In this document: positions 34,761-44,265 of the stretch, one piece after another | How positions within the stretch are numbered: the stretch's first letter is position 1 | Layout: each line of letters opens with the position of its first letter | Source: Methanobacteriota archaeon | Lineage (GTDB): Archaea > Thermoplasmatota > Poseidoniia > Poseidoniales > Poseidoniaceae | DNA length: 64,000 nt | Assembly (NCBI GenBank): GCA_002722135.1 | Contig: PBKJ01000023.1 | Span: 3,278-67,277, forward strand | Direction of reading: 5' to 3' | Program-made: the position numbers and the translations under genes | Notes under the pieces: generated by a model | What the model was told of the DNA's origin: nothing | Database searches by the model: none | The model's input: the letters and a program-made list of their open reading frames with translations, nothing else

Positions 34761-35102
34761 ATGCTTCCACCTGCGTTGATGGCTCAGCGCTTGCTTACGG
34801 GTGGAGGTTTGACTGTTCTTCTGGCATGGGCCTTTGGCCTCCAATCTGGCCGGACCACCCTCGAGGCCTCCTCTTCAGGAACGATGGTGTTCCTGTTGGG
34901 CGCCGTGATGATCGCGGCCGGCGTGGCGCTCGCTCAAGGTGCGCCTCAGTTGACCCGTTTGTTTCCTACGGACGGCGATGAAGCGATGGCGGGACGCCTC
35001 AAGCAGGACATGGCGGAGCTGGAAAAGCAAGAGCAAAGCAGCCGCGCTTGGGCACGGTTGGAAGCGGATGCGTTGCGAGAGACCCTCGACGAAGAGGCCT
35101 GA
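34761..35102 (+). CDS. hypothetical 2-TM membrane protein with a charged coiled tail
   Basis: A 113-aa ORF with no recognisable motif. Confidence 0.45.
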   Translation: MLPPALMAQRLLTGGGLTVLLAWAFGLQSGRTTLEASSSGTMVFLLGAVMIAAGVALAQGAPQLTRLFPTDGDEAMAGRLKQDMAELEKQEQSSRAWARLEADALRETLDEEA

Positions 35103-35145
35103 AGGCGACGGTGCGTTCTTGAACCGCGGAGGCTGACGACCGCTC

Positions 35146-35529
35146 ATGAGCGAGATTCCAGAAGGCCTGCGCTACACCGCCGAACACGAATGGCTTCGCG
35201 TGGAAGGCGACTTGGTCGCCATTGGCATCACCGACCACGCCCAAGACGCCCTGACCGACATCGTCTACATCGAGCTGCCAGCCGAAGGCGACACGATGGG
35301 CGACATGGGCGAGTTTGCGGTGGTTGAATCCGTCAAATCGGCATCGCCGATCTTTGCGCCCTTGGCGGGTGAAATCGTTGCCGTCAACGACGCGCTTGAG
35401 GATGAGCCCGAACTGATGAACAGCGACCCGTACGGCGACGGCTGGATCGTTCGCATGCGCCTTGAGGACATGTCCGCGTTGGACGGGCTGATGGACGCAG
35501 CGGCCTATGCCGCAATGCTCGGTGAGTGA
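35146..35529 (+). CDS. gcvH: glycine cleavage system protein H
   Basis: Contains YTAEHEWLRVEGDLVAIGITDHAQDALTDIVYIELP and VESVKSASPIFAPLAGEIV (lipoyl-Lys motif). Confidence 0.95.
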   Translation: MSEIPEGLRYTAEHEWLRVEGDLVAIGITDHAQDALTDIVYIELPAEGDTMGDMGEFAVVESVKSASPIFAPLAGEIVAVNDALEDEPELMNSDPYGDGWIVRMRLEDMSALDGLMDAAAYAAMLGE

Positions 35530-35542
35530 GTGAGGGGCGTCG

Positions 35543-36082
35543 ATGGACGCCCAACCCACGTGGACGATTTACGTCGACGGCTCGTGTCCTGGCAACCGGG
35601 ACGTTGACGCCACAACACCTGCGGCGTGGGCCTTCGTGGTCGTTGAAGGCGATTTGCCGCACGGCCGAGGTTCCGGCGAAGTCGTGCACGAGGAAGCCGG
35701 GTCCGTGCTCACAGATTCTGGAGCGCCAGGTTTCCTCGGAGCAGAGGTTGGCTCGAACAACACCGCCGAGTTGTCCGCCTTTGCACAGGCCCTGCGCTGG
35801 CTGTTGCTCCAGGCCTCGGATGCAAGCGCATTGATCCGGGCCGACTCCATCTACGCCGGGAATTTGGCGGACGGCTCGTGGAAAGCCAAGGCCAACAGGG
35901 CACTCGTCGCCCGCGTGCAAGCCCTCTGGATGGAAGTGAAGGAGCAACGTGACGTGGCTTGGGATCACGTGCGTGCCCATCGAGGGCATCGGTGGAACGA
36001 ACGGGCCGATCACCTCGCCGGCCGTCACGCCCTCGGTGAAGCGCCTGACCCGCTTTCGTTCTGGCGCACGGGCAACCGATAA
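35543..36082 (+). CDS. rnhA: ribonuclease HI
   Basis: Contains IYVDGSC, NNTAELSAFAQAL, IRADS and HRGHRWNERADHLA, the DEDD catalytic pattern of type 1 RNase H. Confidence 0.85.
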   Translation: MDAQPTWTIYVDGSCPGNRDVDATTPAAWAFVVVEGDLPHGRGSGEVVHEEAGSVLTDSGAPGFLGAEVGSNNTAELSAFAQALRWLLLQASDASALIRADSIYAGNLADGSWKAKANRALVARVQALWMEVKEQRDVAWDHVRAHRGHRWNERADHLAGRHALGEAPDPLSFWRTGNR

Positions 36083-36090
36083 CACCGGCC

Positions 36091-36100
36091 AAAAAATAAA
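36091..36100 (+). promoter_or_regulatory. TATA-box-like A/T tract (AAAAAATAAA) centred about 27 bp upstream of ATG 36123
   Basis: This is the only A/T-rich tract in a GC-rich spacer. The spacing fits a leaderless transcript. Confidence 0.4.
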
Positions 36101-36122
36101 CTGGTACGACAGGCCCGGACCC

Positions 36123-36812
36123 ATGGACCTCCACAGCGTCATGCTGACGCTTCACATCGTCGCTGGGTCGGTGGCGTTGATGACCATGATGATGGCTTAC
36201 GTGACGAAAAAGGGCCCGAAAGCACACGCAAAGTTCGGGCGCGTGTACGGCATGGCCATGGTCGCTGTCGGCCTTACGGCGGCCATCTTGTTCTTGTTGG
36301 GTGCCTCGACATTTTTGTTGCTCATCGCTTTCTTTTCCACGTATTTGGTGCTCGTCGGTTGGCGCTTTGCCAAGAACAGGAGAGGCGACATTGGAGCCGT
36401 GGACCGATGGCTCCTCATCATGGGCGCCGTCGGAGGCATCGGCCTTTCCGCCATGGCGGCCTGGATCGCAATTTCTGGCGAAGCTCCCTTGGGCACATCG
36501 CGCGGGTTTGCCGTCGTGCCAGCCATTTTCGCTGCGGTCTTGATTGGATTGGTCGTTCAGCAAAGGATGCTCCAATCCGGCGAGAAGGGGCCACGGGGCA
36601 AGCAGCGCATTGCTCTTCACGTGACCTACATGGGCGCTGGCACCATCGCAACGGTGACCGCTTTCACCATCACGGTGTTCGGCAGCAACGTCCTCACTTG
36701 GCTAGGAGCGACCGTCATCGGAACCCCACTGCTGATGTGGAATCAGATTGGGGTGGACAAAGGCAAGGTGGCGTCTTCAGTCACGGCCATGGACGACTCA
36801 ACCGAGGCGTGA
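36123..36812 (+). CDS. polytopic membrane protein (DUF2306-like)
   Basis: Internal ATG 36123. The product begins MDLHSVMLTLHIVAGSVALMTMMMAYVTKKGPKAHAKFGRVY and has about 6 TM helices. The family call is tentative. Confidence 0.5.
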   Translation: MDLHSVMLTLHIVAGSVALMTMMMAYVTKKGPKAHAKFGRVYGMAMVAVGLTAAILFLLGASTFLLLIAFFSTYLVLVGWRFAKNRRGDIGAVDRWLLIMGAVGGIGLSAMAAWIAISGEAPLGTSRGFAVVPAIFAAVLIGLVVQQRMLQSGEKGPRGKQRIALHVTYMGAGTIATVTAFTITVFGSNVLTWLGATVIGTPLLMWNQIGVDKGKVASSVTAMDDSTEA

Positions 36813-37658
36813 GTTCAACCACGCCTCGAGGTCTCCCCGCATGTCCTCACGCCGCAGGGCATGGTCGATTTGCGCCTTGAGCCAAGGCAGGGGGCGTCCA
36901 GCATCGTACCATATGGCCCCCTCGTGCACCACGCCCGTCATGCCGCCTTCGTTCATCCAGTGCTCTTGGACACGGATGCTCTGCAACTCCCCGTGCGCTT
37001 CGACGTCATAGCGGTCGAGCAAGGCAGCGGCATCTTCCGTCCACAGGTACCGGCCACACAAGGCGAGATCGGAGGGCGCTTCGCCGGGAGCGGGCTTCTC
37101 CACGACCTCTGTGATACGATCGTCGTGCATGGCGACCATGCCGAAGGACGAGGCTTCCTCGGGAGGGACGCGCATCAAACCGGCCACCGGCCGTCCCGTC
37201 TGCTCGTAGGCCTCCACCAAGTCGCGTGAGGCTGTCGAGGGTGCGAGGACGTCTGGGCCATGGTGCTGGGTCATCAGGAGGTTGTCGCCCAACAGGACGA
37301 GAAAGGGCCCCTCCACCGCGTGCAAGGCGCACGAAATAGCGTCACCCAAACCGCGTTGTTCCACCTGTTCGTGGACCAACACCTGCACGCCTTGAGCAGG
37401 ATCGAGGTGATGGTGGTGGACGTGTGGGCCGAGATGAGCCAATTCAGCCCGCCCTTCTTTCCAAGCGCTGAGGTCTTTTCCGGGTCGAGCGATGATGTGG
37501 ATGCGCGTGGCTCCGGCGTGCACCGCCTCCTGCATCAGGTGGGTCAGCAACGGGACGTCCACCAAGGGCAGGGCTTCTTTGGCCAGCATCGCGCTGGCGG
37601 GGAACATGCGCGTTCCCAGCCCACCTGCGACGATGAGCGCGTCCCTGACCGGAGCCAT
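36798..37658 (-). CDS. UTP--glucose-1-phosphate uridylyltransferase-like nucleotidyltransferase
   Basis: Internal ATG 37658. Contains ALIVAGGLGTRMFPASAMLAKEALPLVDVPLL, VEQRGLGDA, LGDN and EKP. Confidence 0.8.
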   Translation of the reverse strand: MAPVRDALIVAGGLGTRMFPASAMLAKEALPLVDVPLLTHLMQEAVHAGATRIHIIARPGKDLSAWKEGRAELAHLGPHVHHHHLDPAQGVQVLVHEQVEQRGLGDAISCALHAVEGPFLVLLGDNLLMTQHHGPDVLAPSTASRDLVEAYEQTGRPVAGLMRVPPEEASSFGMVAMHDDRITEVVEKPAPGEAPSDLALCGRYLWTEDAAALLDRYDVEAHGELQSIRVQEHWMNEGGMTGVVHEGAIWYDAGRPLPWLKAQIDHALRREDMRGDLEAWLNSRLG

Positions 37659-37709
37659 GAGGTGCGAAGTCGCCGGACAGCCTTTCAAGCATCGGCCAGA
37701 ACACCTCAC

Positions 37710-38117
37710 GTGGCCGAGCATCGTTGGGAGGCTTGGGCCGTCGCCGGAGCCCTTCTTGTGGCTCAGACCTTCCTCGACCTGGTGCCTGCCGGCCCGTGGG
37801 GAAACGCGGCCATGGGCACCGGGTTCCTCGGGCTTCTTGGCGTGGGTTGCCTCTATGTCGCGTGGTTCCGCCGTACGTTTTCCTCGTCAGGTCTCTTGCC
37901 CACCTCGGACCTCTGGGAGGATCCCGAGGGCACGTGGCCCAAGGTGGTCGGCGTCGGTGCCGTGTTCCTTCTCCTGTCCTACGCGGCAGGGCGCGATGCT
38001 CTGGACGCGTGGATGCCCGAACCCGCAGGCTTGGTGCTCTCCTTGGTCGGGCTGCTCGTGCTGCTGAACGGCCTCTACGTTGGCGCTGTGGTTGGGCCGT
38101 TGAGCGAAGAAGAGTGA
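37710..38117 (+). CDS. hypothetical membrane protein (about 4 TM helices)
   Basis: In-frame GTG 37710 of track ORF 37260..38117. The hydrophobic helices read AVAGALLVAQTF, FLGLLGVGCLYVAWF, VVGVGAVFLLLSY and LVLSLVGLLVLL. The start is uncertain. Confidence 0.4.
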   Translation: MAEHRWEAWAVAGALLVAQTFLDLVPAGPWGNAAMGTGFLGLLGVGCLYVAWFRRTFSSSGLLPTSDLWEDPEGTWPKVVGVGAVFLLLSYAAGRDALDAWMPEPAGLVLSLVGLLVLLNGLYVGAVVGPLSEEE

Positions 38118-38120
38118 TCG

Positions 38121-39596
38121 TCAGTCCAAGAAGCCGAGGTCATCGTCGAGGACGTCCAAGGCTTCGTCGAGGTTTGGAAGATTCGCGGCTTCTCCATCCG
38201 AAGGCGCGGGGGCAACCGGCTCTGCCACGAGCGCCTCGGGCATGGGGCCTTCTGAGGCAAGCCATGCCCGCCACGCGTCCGCTCGACCGGGGCGACGCGC
38301 GTCGATCGCGTCGAACAGCAGGTCCCGGCCTTCGCTCACCCTTTCCCAGACGCGCGCCAAATGTTCCGGGTCGACTTCGTCCATCCTGAGCAGCAGTTCA
38401 CGCAGGCGCGTCCGCACGACTTCGTCGCCGTCCGACCATGCTTTGGGCAACAGGCCGACCTCGTCTTCAGGTCGTGCGCTGATGTAGTCCCGAAGCCCGA
38501 TGACCACGTTGCGGCGGACCACAGGTACGGGATGGTCCAAGGCCTTCATCATGGTCTCCACCCAGTGGTCTTGATCCAAAAAGCGGAGGTCGTGCATGGT
38601 GGCGCTCGCCGCAGCCAGCACGCTCTCGTCCTCATCGGCCATCATGTCATGAAGCAAGGGAATGGCGTTGGTGGTGACGCGTCGGAACAGGCGCGTGAGG
38701 ACATCAGCCAGCCCTCGTCGGACGGGGAGTTCCTCACGGGCGTGAAGGCAATGAATCACCTCGAGTCCCCGCTCGGCGTCGCGTTCGACCAGCCGAGCAA
38801 GGCAGGTGCACACGTTGGCGGCGACTTCCGGTTCAGGATCGGCCGCTCGCCGGAGCAGGATGTCAATGAGGCCCAAGGGTTCGATGAGCGCAGGGCGCTC
38901 AAGCAGGAGCTGAACCCAGCGGATGAGCAGGAGGCGGCGGTCAATGTCACCTTGTTCCAGGCGCGTCAGGACCCACGCTGCGGCTTCAGTACCGGCGGTG
39001 TGGGCCTCCACCTCTGTCGTTCGAGGCACCACGGCATGTGGGTTCCAGCCCATGTGCTGAGGACCGACGTCAGGTTGCGTGTGCCACGTCCCTGGCCGTT
39101 GTGCCAAAGCGATGGATTCGAGCAGGTGGTATCCTTCGTGGACCGCTTGGCCGTATGCAGATTGAGCCAAACCGTTCAGAAGACCAACCGCGAGCCACCA
39201 TCGGTCCGTATTGGGCGCTTCTCGGTCGAGGGCTTGGGCCAGCCACGCGGTGGTCAAGCGGTATACGATGCGCCCAGCGATGTCTTCCACCCGCTTTGCC
39301 AACCAACGCCCATGCACTTCGTAGGGGTCATCGGACAGGCTCATGCGGTGGGGCACGACGAGGTCGACGACCTCGTCCAAGTGGCGCTCGAAGGTCCCTC
39401 GGTCCGCTTGCAGCAGCGAGAGCGCAGAGGTGGTCACGTCGGCCGGTGCGTTCGGCATCAGCGGTGGGAAATCTGGGTCGATCAGCGGCGGGGCAGGGAG
39501 CGGCCATGCCAACGTGCCACGCTCGAGGGCCTCGGACATCATCGTGGCCGTGTGTTCAAACACGGCCTCGAGCAACGGTGCCTTGGTCCGCTTCAC
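38121..39596 (-). CDS. HEAT/ARM-like repeat protein with an acidic C-terminal tail
   Basis: The 491-aa product has HEAT-type units (EPEVAANVCTCLARLVERD, LPVRRGLADVLTRLF, DESVLAAASATMHDL, HPVPVVRRNVVIGLRDYI). It ends in ...LDEALDVLDDDLGFLD. Confidence 0.65.
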   Translation of the reverse strand: MKRTKAPLLEAVFEHTATMMSEALERGTLAWPLPAPPLIDPDFPPLMPNAPADVTTSALSLLQADRGTFERHLDEVVDLVVPHRMSLSDDPYEVHGRWLAKRVEDIAGRIVYRLTTAWLAQALDREAPNTDRWWLAVGLLNGLAQSAYGQAVHEGYHLLESIALAQRPGTWHTQPDVGPQHMGWNPHAVVPRTTEVEAHTAGTEAAAWVLTRLEQGDIDRRLLLIRWVQLLLERPALIEPLGLIDILLRRAADPEPEVAANVCTCLARLVERDAERGLEVIHCLHAREELPVRRGLADVLTRLFRRVTTNAIPLLHDMMADEDESVLAAASATMHDLRFLDQDHWVETMMKALDHPVPVVRRNVVIGLRDYISARPEDEVGLLPKAWSDGDEVVRTRLRELLLRMDEVDPEHLARVWERVSEGRDLLFDAIDARRPGRADAWRAWLASEGPMPEALVAEPVAPAPSDGEAANLPNLDEALDVLDDDLGFLD

Positions 39597-39650
39597 AGCG
39601 TGGCGTCCGCCTCCGGGGATATGAAGCGCATGGGTTGACCAGCGCGAACC

Positions 39651-40607
39651 TCACGCGAGGTCGGGCCCGATGCCTGTGCTGATGTGACCTTTGTTCCAGA
39701 GTCCTCGGTACATCAGCGTGACACGGAAGGGCATCGCGATCTGCCCGTCAGCGCTGACGGCGATCAAGCCACCACGGCCGCCCAACGGTTCGACCAAATC
39801 CAAGACCCGCTCGCAAACAGCGCCTAAGTCCGCGCCTTGATCGCGCATCCCGACGCCAACCTCGTGTGCAGCGCACGCACGAAGGTACGCCTCCCCGACG
39901 CCGGTGCACGACACCGCAACGCGTGCATCGGCCCAGGTGCCAGCACCGATCACCGGCGTGTCACCAACCCGTCCGGGCGGTTTCCCCGTCATGCCCCCGG
40001 TGGAAGTGGCGGCCGCGACCTTGCCATGTGCATCGAGTGCCACGGCACCGACGGTGCCCGGCCCGTCCACGTCTTCGCCGAGGTCGTGATCGAGGGCCGC
40101 GTCGTCTTCGTCCGTGGCGCCCGGGCGAAGACGCGCGTCCCGCCATTTCTGCCACTGCGCCGTGCGAAGCTCCGTGACGAGCGTATTTGGGTCCTGCACT
40201 TCGTGACCATGTTCTGCGGCCCAAGCTTCAGCGCCAGGCCCGGCCATCATGATGGGCCATCCTCGCTCGAGCAGGTCGTGCGCCACGCGAATTGGATGCC
40301 GAAGGTTGGTCACGCCAACGACGGAACCTGCTGCCCCGTCTTCGCCGCGCATGATGGAGGCGTCCATCGACACCCGACCGTTCGCGTCGAGCACGGAACC
40401 CACGCCCGCGTTGAACCCGGGCTCATCTTCGAGGGCTTCGACCGCCAGCCGGACGGCCGTCAGCGCGTCGAGTTCTCCAGATTCAAGCCGAGGCCCAAGC
40501 GCTTCGAGGATGCCTTGCATGCACGCGATGCGTTGCGGATCCATGGGCGTCATGCCGCGCCACGGCCCGTCACCCCCCGCGCCGCCGTGCAGCGCAAGAA
40601 GGGCCAC
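39651..40607 (-). CDS. isoaspartyl peptidase / L-asparaginase (Ntn hydrolase, plant type)
   Basis: Contains LALHGGAG, GTVGAVALD (autocleavage Thr), STGGMTGKPPGRVGDTPVIGAG and GVGE. Confidence 0.9.
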   Translation of the reverse strand: MALLALHGGAGGDGPWRGMTPMDPQRIACMQGILEALGPRLESGELDALTAVRLAVEALEDEPGFNAGVGSVLDANGRVSMDASIMRGEDGAAGSVVGVTNLRHPIRVAHDLLERGWPIMMAGPGAEAWAAEHGHEVQDPNTLVTELRTAQWQKWRDARLRPGATDEDDAALDHDLGEDVDGPGTVGAVALDAHGKVAAATSTGGMTGKPPGRVGDTPVIGAGTWADARVAVSCTGVGEAYLRACAAHEVGVGMRDQGADLGAVCERVLDLVEPLGGRGGLIAVSADGQIAMPFRVTLMYRGLWNKGHISTGIGPDLA

Positions 40608-40616
40608 GAAAGCACC

Positions 40617-41099
40617 TCACTCGATGAGGGTGCAGCGGACGATCTTCTGCGGCGAAGCGGGTCGGTCTCCGGGCATCTTCTGGCAGCCCTCGATGGCCTT
40701 CACGACGTCCATGCCTTCGCTGACCTCGCCGAACACGGCGTGGTTGCCGTTGAGCCACGGTGTCGCCACGGTGGTGATGAAGAACTGCGAGCCGCCGGTG
40801 TCGCGGCCAGCGTTTGCCATCGAGAGGATGCCGGGCCGGTCGTGCTTGAGGGCAAGGGCAGAGGGCTCGCATGGAATGTGCCAGCCTGGGCCACCGGTAC
40901 CTGCGCGACGCGACATGGGGTCCTTGGAGTGGGGGCAGCCGCCCTGCAGCATGAAGTCCGCAATGACGCGGTGGAAGTGAAGGCCGTCGTAGTAACCCTC
41001 GCTCACGAGCTTCACGAAATTGGCCACCGTGTCAGGGGCGTTGCCATGGTAGAGGGTCAAGAGGATGTCACCGGCGCTGGTTTCCATGCGGACTTGCAT
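40617..41099 (-). CDS. peptidyl-prolyl cis-trans isomerase (cyclophilin type)
   Basis: Internal ATG 41099. Contains [64 protein letters not shown]. Confidence 0.9.
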   Translation of the reverse strand: MQVRMETSAGDILLTLYHGNAPDTVANFVKLVSEGYYDGLHFHRVIADFMLQGGCPHSKDPMSRRAGTGGPGWHIPCEPSALALKHDRPGILSMANAGRDTGGSQFFITTVATPWLNGNHAVFGEVSEGMDVVKAIEGCQKMPGDRPASPQKIVRCTLIE

Positions 41100-41180
41100 G
41101 GCCCAACGACTCGGAGGGGCCATTTGAGGCTTCGTGCGGACAGGACAGTGGTTGAAATGAGGAGGCCGTTTCGCACAGCC

Positions 41181-41633
41181 ATGGGCGACCTCCTCGACCT
41201 CGACCTCGATCTGATTGACGGCTCGACCACAACGCTGCGTGATGTCGCCGACGGCGGACGCCTGCTGGTGGTCAACGTGGCCAGCGCCTGTGGCCTGACC
41301 CGGCAATATGCCGATCTCCAGCGTCTCCACGCTGAACACGATGACCTCACCGTCATCGGCTTCCCATGCAACCAATTCGGCGCGCAAGAGCCCGGCACGC
41401 ATGAGGAGATTTGCGCCTTCACCGAAGAGCGCTATGGCGTCACCTTCCCCTTGACGGCGAAGGTGGACGTCAACGGTGCGAACCGTCACCCCATCTACGC
41501 AGCCCTATGCCAGGAGACCGATGATGAGGGCCACACAGGCGACGTTCGATGGAACTTTGAGAAATTCCTCATCAGCGCCGACGGAAACGTGGCACGCTTC
41601 AAGCCCGCAACATCACCCAACGACGTGCTTTGA
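41181..41633 (+). CDS. glutathione peroxidase (Cys type)
   Basis: Only the 3' part of the 598-aa track ORF is credible. It contains [26 protein letters not shown] and WNFEKFLI. The start is ATG 41181 or 41157. Confidence 0.9.
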   Translation: MGDLLDLDLDLIDGSTTTLRDVADGGRLLVVNVASACGLTRQYADLQRLHAEHDDLTVIGFPCNQFGAQEPGTHEEICAFTEERYGVTFPLTAKVDVNGANRHPIYAALCQETDDEGHTGDVRWNFEKFLISADGNVARFKPATSPNDVL

Positions 41634-41637
41634 GGGC

Positions 41638-43191
41638 TCATTCCTCAGCGTCTGCGTGGCGTGGCTTCCCTTTGGGCATGAACAGGAACACGATCACGGC
41701 CGCCACGAGGGAAATGATCGACGATGCGCTGGTGGACGTGGTCATGCCAATGACGAAGGCCTCTTGGGCGGCTTCAAGCAAAGCAGCCCCAGCAGGATGG
41801 CCCTGAGCCACCAATTCAGAACCAATTTGAACGGCGGCGGGAAAAGACGTCGTCGGGTCTGCACCGAGCGCTCCAGCGTCAAGTCCATCTGGCATGGTGA
41901 AGTTGCGCTGGTAGTATTCATTCAACAGCGAACCGCCCACCGCGATCCCCAACGCTCCTCCAATTTCCCGGCTCGAGTCGTTGGTGGCGCTTCCGACACC
42001 GGCTTTGTCGTCGGGAACCGATTCCATGACCAGTCCGGTTGAGGGGGCCATGGTGAACCCCATCCCCAATCCAAGCACGACAAAGACCGTGGCATAGATC
42101 CAGTACTCGGCGTTGATGTCCACCACGGTCCCGAACAGCAGCATGCCGAAGGTGATCAGCAACAGACCACTCCCCACCACGTTCGAGCGACCAAAGTACC
42201 TCACGAGGCGGTCGCTGTTGGCCGCCGCGGGCATCAGTGCGAGCGGAAGCGGCAACACACGGACGGCCGACGCCAATGCACCGTCGCCCCACACGAGCTG
42301 AAAATTGAGCATTTGTGTGAACATGAAGGTGAACATCACGTAATACGCCAACGTCACGGCAAGAAGACCCGTCACGAAACCTGGCTCACTGAAGAAGGAC
42401 ATGGGCAGCATGGGGTGTTCCCGCTGACGCTCCCACGCCCAGAACGCCACGAGGAGGGCGGCGGCGGCCACGGCCCCCACGAGGGTGGACGAGGACGTCC
42501 ATCCGTGAAGGGGGGCTTCGATGATGGTGTACAGCATCACGCCCAAGCCGGCCAACGAAAGCATACCACCGACCGGGTCCAGCGGCGTGCGCTGTTCGTC
42601 GCGGGATTCCGGGACCACGAGGACGCTCAGCACGAGGCACACGGCGGCGATTGGGACGTTGATCAGGAACACGGCTTGCCAGTCAACGTATTGCACGGCC
42701 CAACCGCCGACGAAGAGCCCGATGGGGGCGCCAACCCCTGCCATGGCCGCCCAGATACCAATCGCGCGAGGGCGTTCCGCTTTCGGGAAAGACGTGACCA
42801 CCACAGAGAGGGTGGCAGGCATCACGCATGCAGCACCCAGGCCCATGAGTCCACGTGCTGCAATCACGTCGCTTGTGGTGACGTTGTCCCTGAACGCCAC
42901 CCAGGCCGAGAAGGATCCGATCACGACCAACCCAACAAGCAAGGTTGAACGGCGACCGAAACGGTCCCCGAGGGCCCCCATCATCAGGAGTGAGCCGCCG
43001 AAGACCAGCGCATATGCGTCCAGAATCCACTGCAGATCAGCGTTGTCGGCTCCGAGGTCTTTGGACAGTTCAGGCAAGGCCACGTTGAGGGTGACGTTGT
43101 TGAGCATGACCACAATGAGGCTCAAACCCATGATGGCGAGGATGAACCAACGTCGTGGATGGCCTTCGTCGGATGGTGCTTCATCCGACAT
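41638..43191 (-). CDS. MFS transporter, DHA2 (EmrB/QacA, 14-TMS) family
   Basis: The 517-aa product contains LNNVTLNVALPELSKDLG and GALGDRFGRR (motif A) and has about 14 TM helices. Confidence 0.85.
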   Translation of the reverse strand: MSDEAPSDEGHPRRWFILAIMGLSLIVVMLNNVTLNVALPELSKDLGADNADLQWILDAYALVFGGSLLMMGALGDRFGRRSTLLVGLVVIGSFSAWVAFRDNVTTSDVIAARGLMGLGAACVMPATLSVVVTSFPKAERPRAIGIWAAMAGVGAPIGLFVGGWAVQYVDWQAVFLINVPIAAVCLVLSVLVVPESRDEQRTPLDPVGGMLSLAGLGVMLYTIIEAPLHGWTSSSTLVGAVAAAALLVAFWAWERQREHPMLPMSFFSEPGFVTGLLAVTLAYYVMFTFMFTQMLNFQLVWGDGALASAVRVLPLPLALMPAAANSDRLVRYFGRSNVVGSGLLLITFGMLLFGTVVDINAEYWIYATVFVVLGLGMGFTMAPSTGLVMESVPDDKAGVGSATNDSSREIGGALGIAVGGSLLNEYYQRNFTMPDGLDAGALGADPTTSFPAAVQIGSELVAQGHPAGAALLEAAQEAFVIGMTTSTSASSIISLVAAVIVFLFMPKGKPRHADAEE

Positions 43192-43256
43192 GACGCCCCA
43201 TCCTCAAACGAAGTATTTGATTCGGTTCCCTGTTGAGCGTTCTCCATCCCACTTTC

Positions 43257-44108
43257 TTACGTATCTGTCTCCTGATGGGCGCTCACCCGCTGCTTCGAAC
43301 GCCACGCTTGACCTGCATCCACGCCCATGAGATGGTCGCGCACGATGTCCACGTCCGAACCGCCCGTGCGCCGGCATGCAGGGGCGCGATGTGGGTGAAT
43401 TTGTTGCACAATGATGCCTTCTGGCGGATGTTCGAGCAGGTCGACTGTTGCGTTGTAAACGTCCCCACGACGCCGCAACGCCTCGGCGAGCGCCGGTTGC
43501 TTTCGCTCAAACCATGGCGCGGCGAGGCGACCGGATCGCCCGCTGTTGCGGTACGAGGCCTGACGCGTGCGAACCACCACCAATTCTGTAGCGCCTAGGT
43601 CGATGATGTGTTGAACCGGGAGTGGGATAGCAATGCCTCCGTCAAGGCAGGTCATGCCTCGTACACGGATTGGCGAGCGCACCGCGATTGGAAGCGCTGA
43701 GGTGGCCTTGAGGGCGTCCGTCAATTCGTTGGACGCGGGCTCCAGAACGTGACCGAGCCCCGTGTCGACGTCCGTGACGGTCAGCAGGAATCGAGCAGGG
43801 TGCATCATCAGGGCTTCGGCGTCCAACGCCTCCAGACGATCTGCCGTTTCATGAAGCAGTTCAAGATCGACCAAATCACCCCCTCGAAGGAAGTCGGTGA
43901 TCCGTCCAAAGGCAGCACGGCACCCAGGGTCCCGGAGCACCCGTAGGCTGCGGCCCTTCTGTCCGGCCAAGTACGCCGCAGCCAACAAGGCTCCTGCGGA
44001 CGTTCCGGCCACGAGGTCAAAGGGCTCCTCGTGTTCGAGCAAGGCGTCCAGCACGCCGGCCGCGAACGCAGCGCGAACACCTCCTCCTTCCACGAGCAAC
44101 GCGCGCAT
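43257..44108 (-). CDS. patatin-like phospholipase
   Basis: Contains EGGGVRAAFAAGVLDAL (oxyanion GGxR), GTSAGAL (GxSxG) and CLDGG (catalytic Asp). Confidence 0.85.
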   Translation of the reverse strand: MRALLVEGGGVRAAFAAGVLDALLEHEEPFDLVAGTSAGALLAAAYLAGQKGRSLRVLRDPGCRAAFGRITDFLRGGDLVDLELLHETADRLEALDAEALMMHPARFLLTVTDVDTGLGHVLEPASNELTDALKATSALPIAVRSPIRVRGMTCLDGGIAIPLPVQHIIDLGATELVVVRTRQASYRNSGRSGRLAAPWFERKQPALAEALRRRGDVYNATVDLLEHPPEGIIVQQIHPHRAPACRRTGGSDVDIVRDHLMGVDAGQAWRSKQRVSAHQETDT

Positions 44109-44265
44109 GGTGTAATTTCCACACCATAGGGGAAAAAGGTGGTCCCGACATGCTCAACTCTGCGCCCACTCGACCTTGAGTGACGAGGAACGGGAAAACA
44201 GTCATCACCTCGCCGGCAAGATGCGAAGCATGGATGCCCCACCTTCGGGAGCCACTGCGGCGACA

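Noticed and set aside
39837-41156. First ~440 codons of the 598-aa plus-strand track ORF
   Set aside because: It is antisense to the asparaginase and cyclophilin genes. Only the 3' glutathione peroxidase part is real.
41181-41633. Possible selenoprotein (glutathione peroxidase)
   Set aside because: The active-site codon is a normal Cys (VASACG). There is no in-frame TGA, so no Sec recoding.
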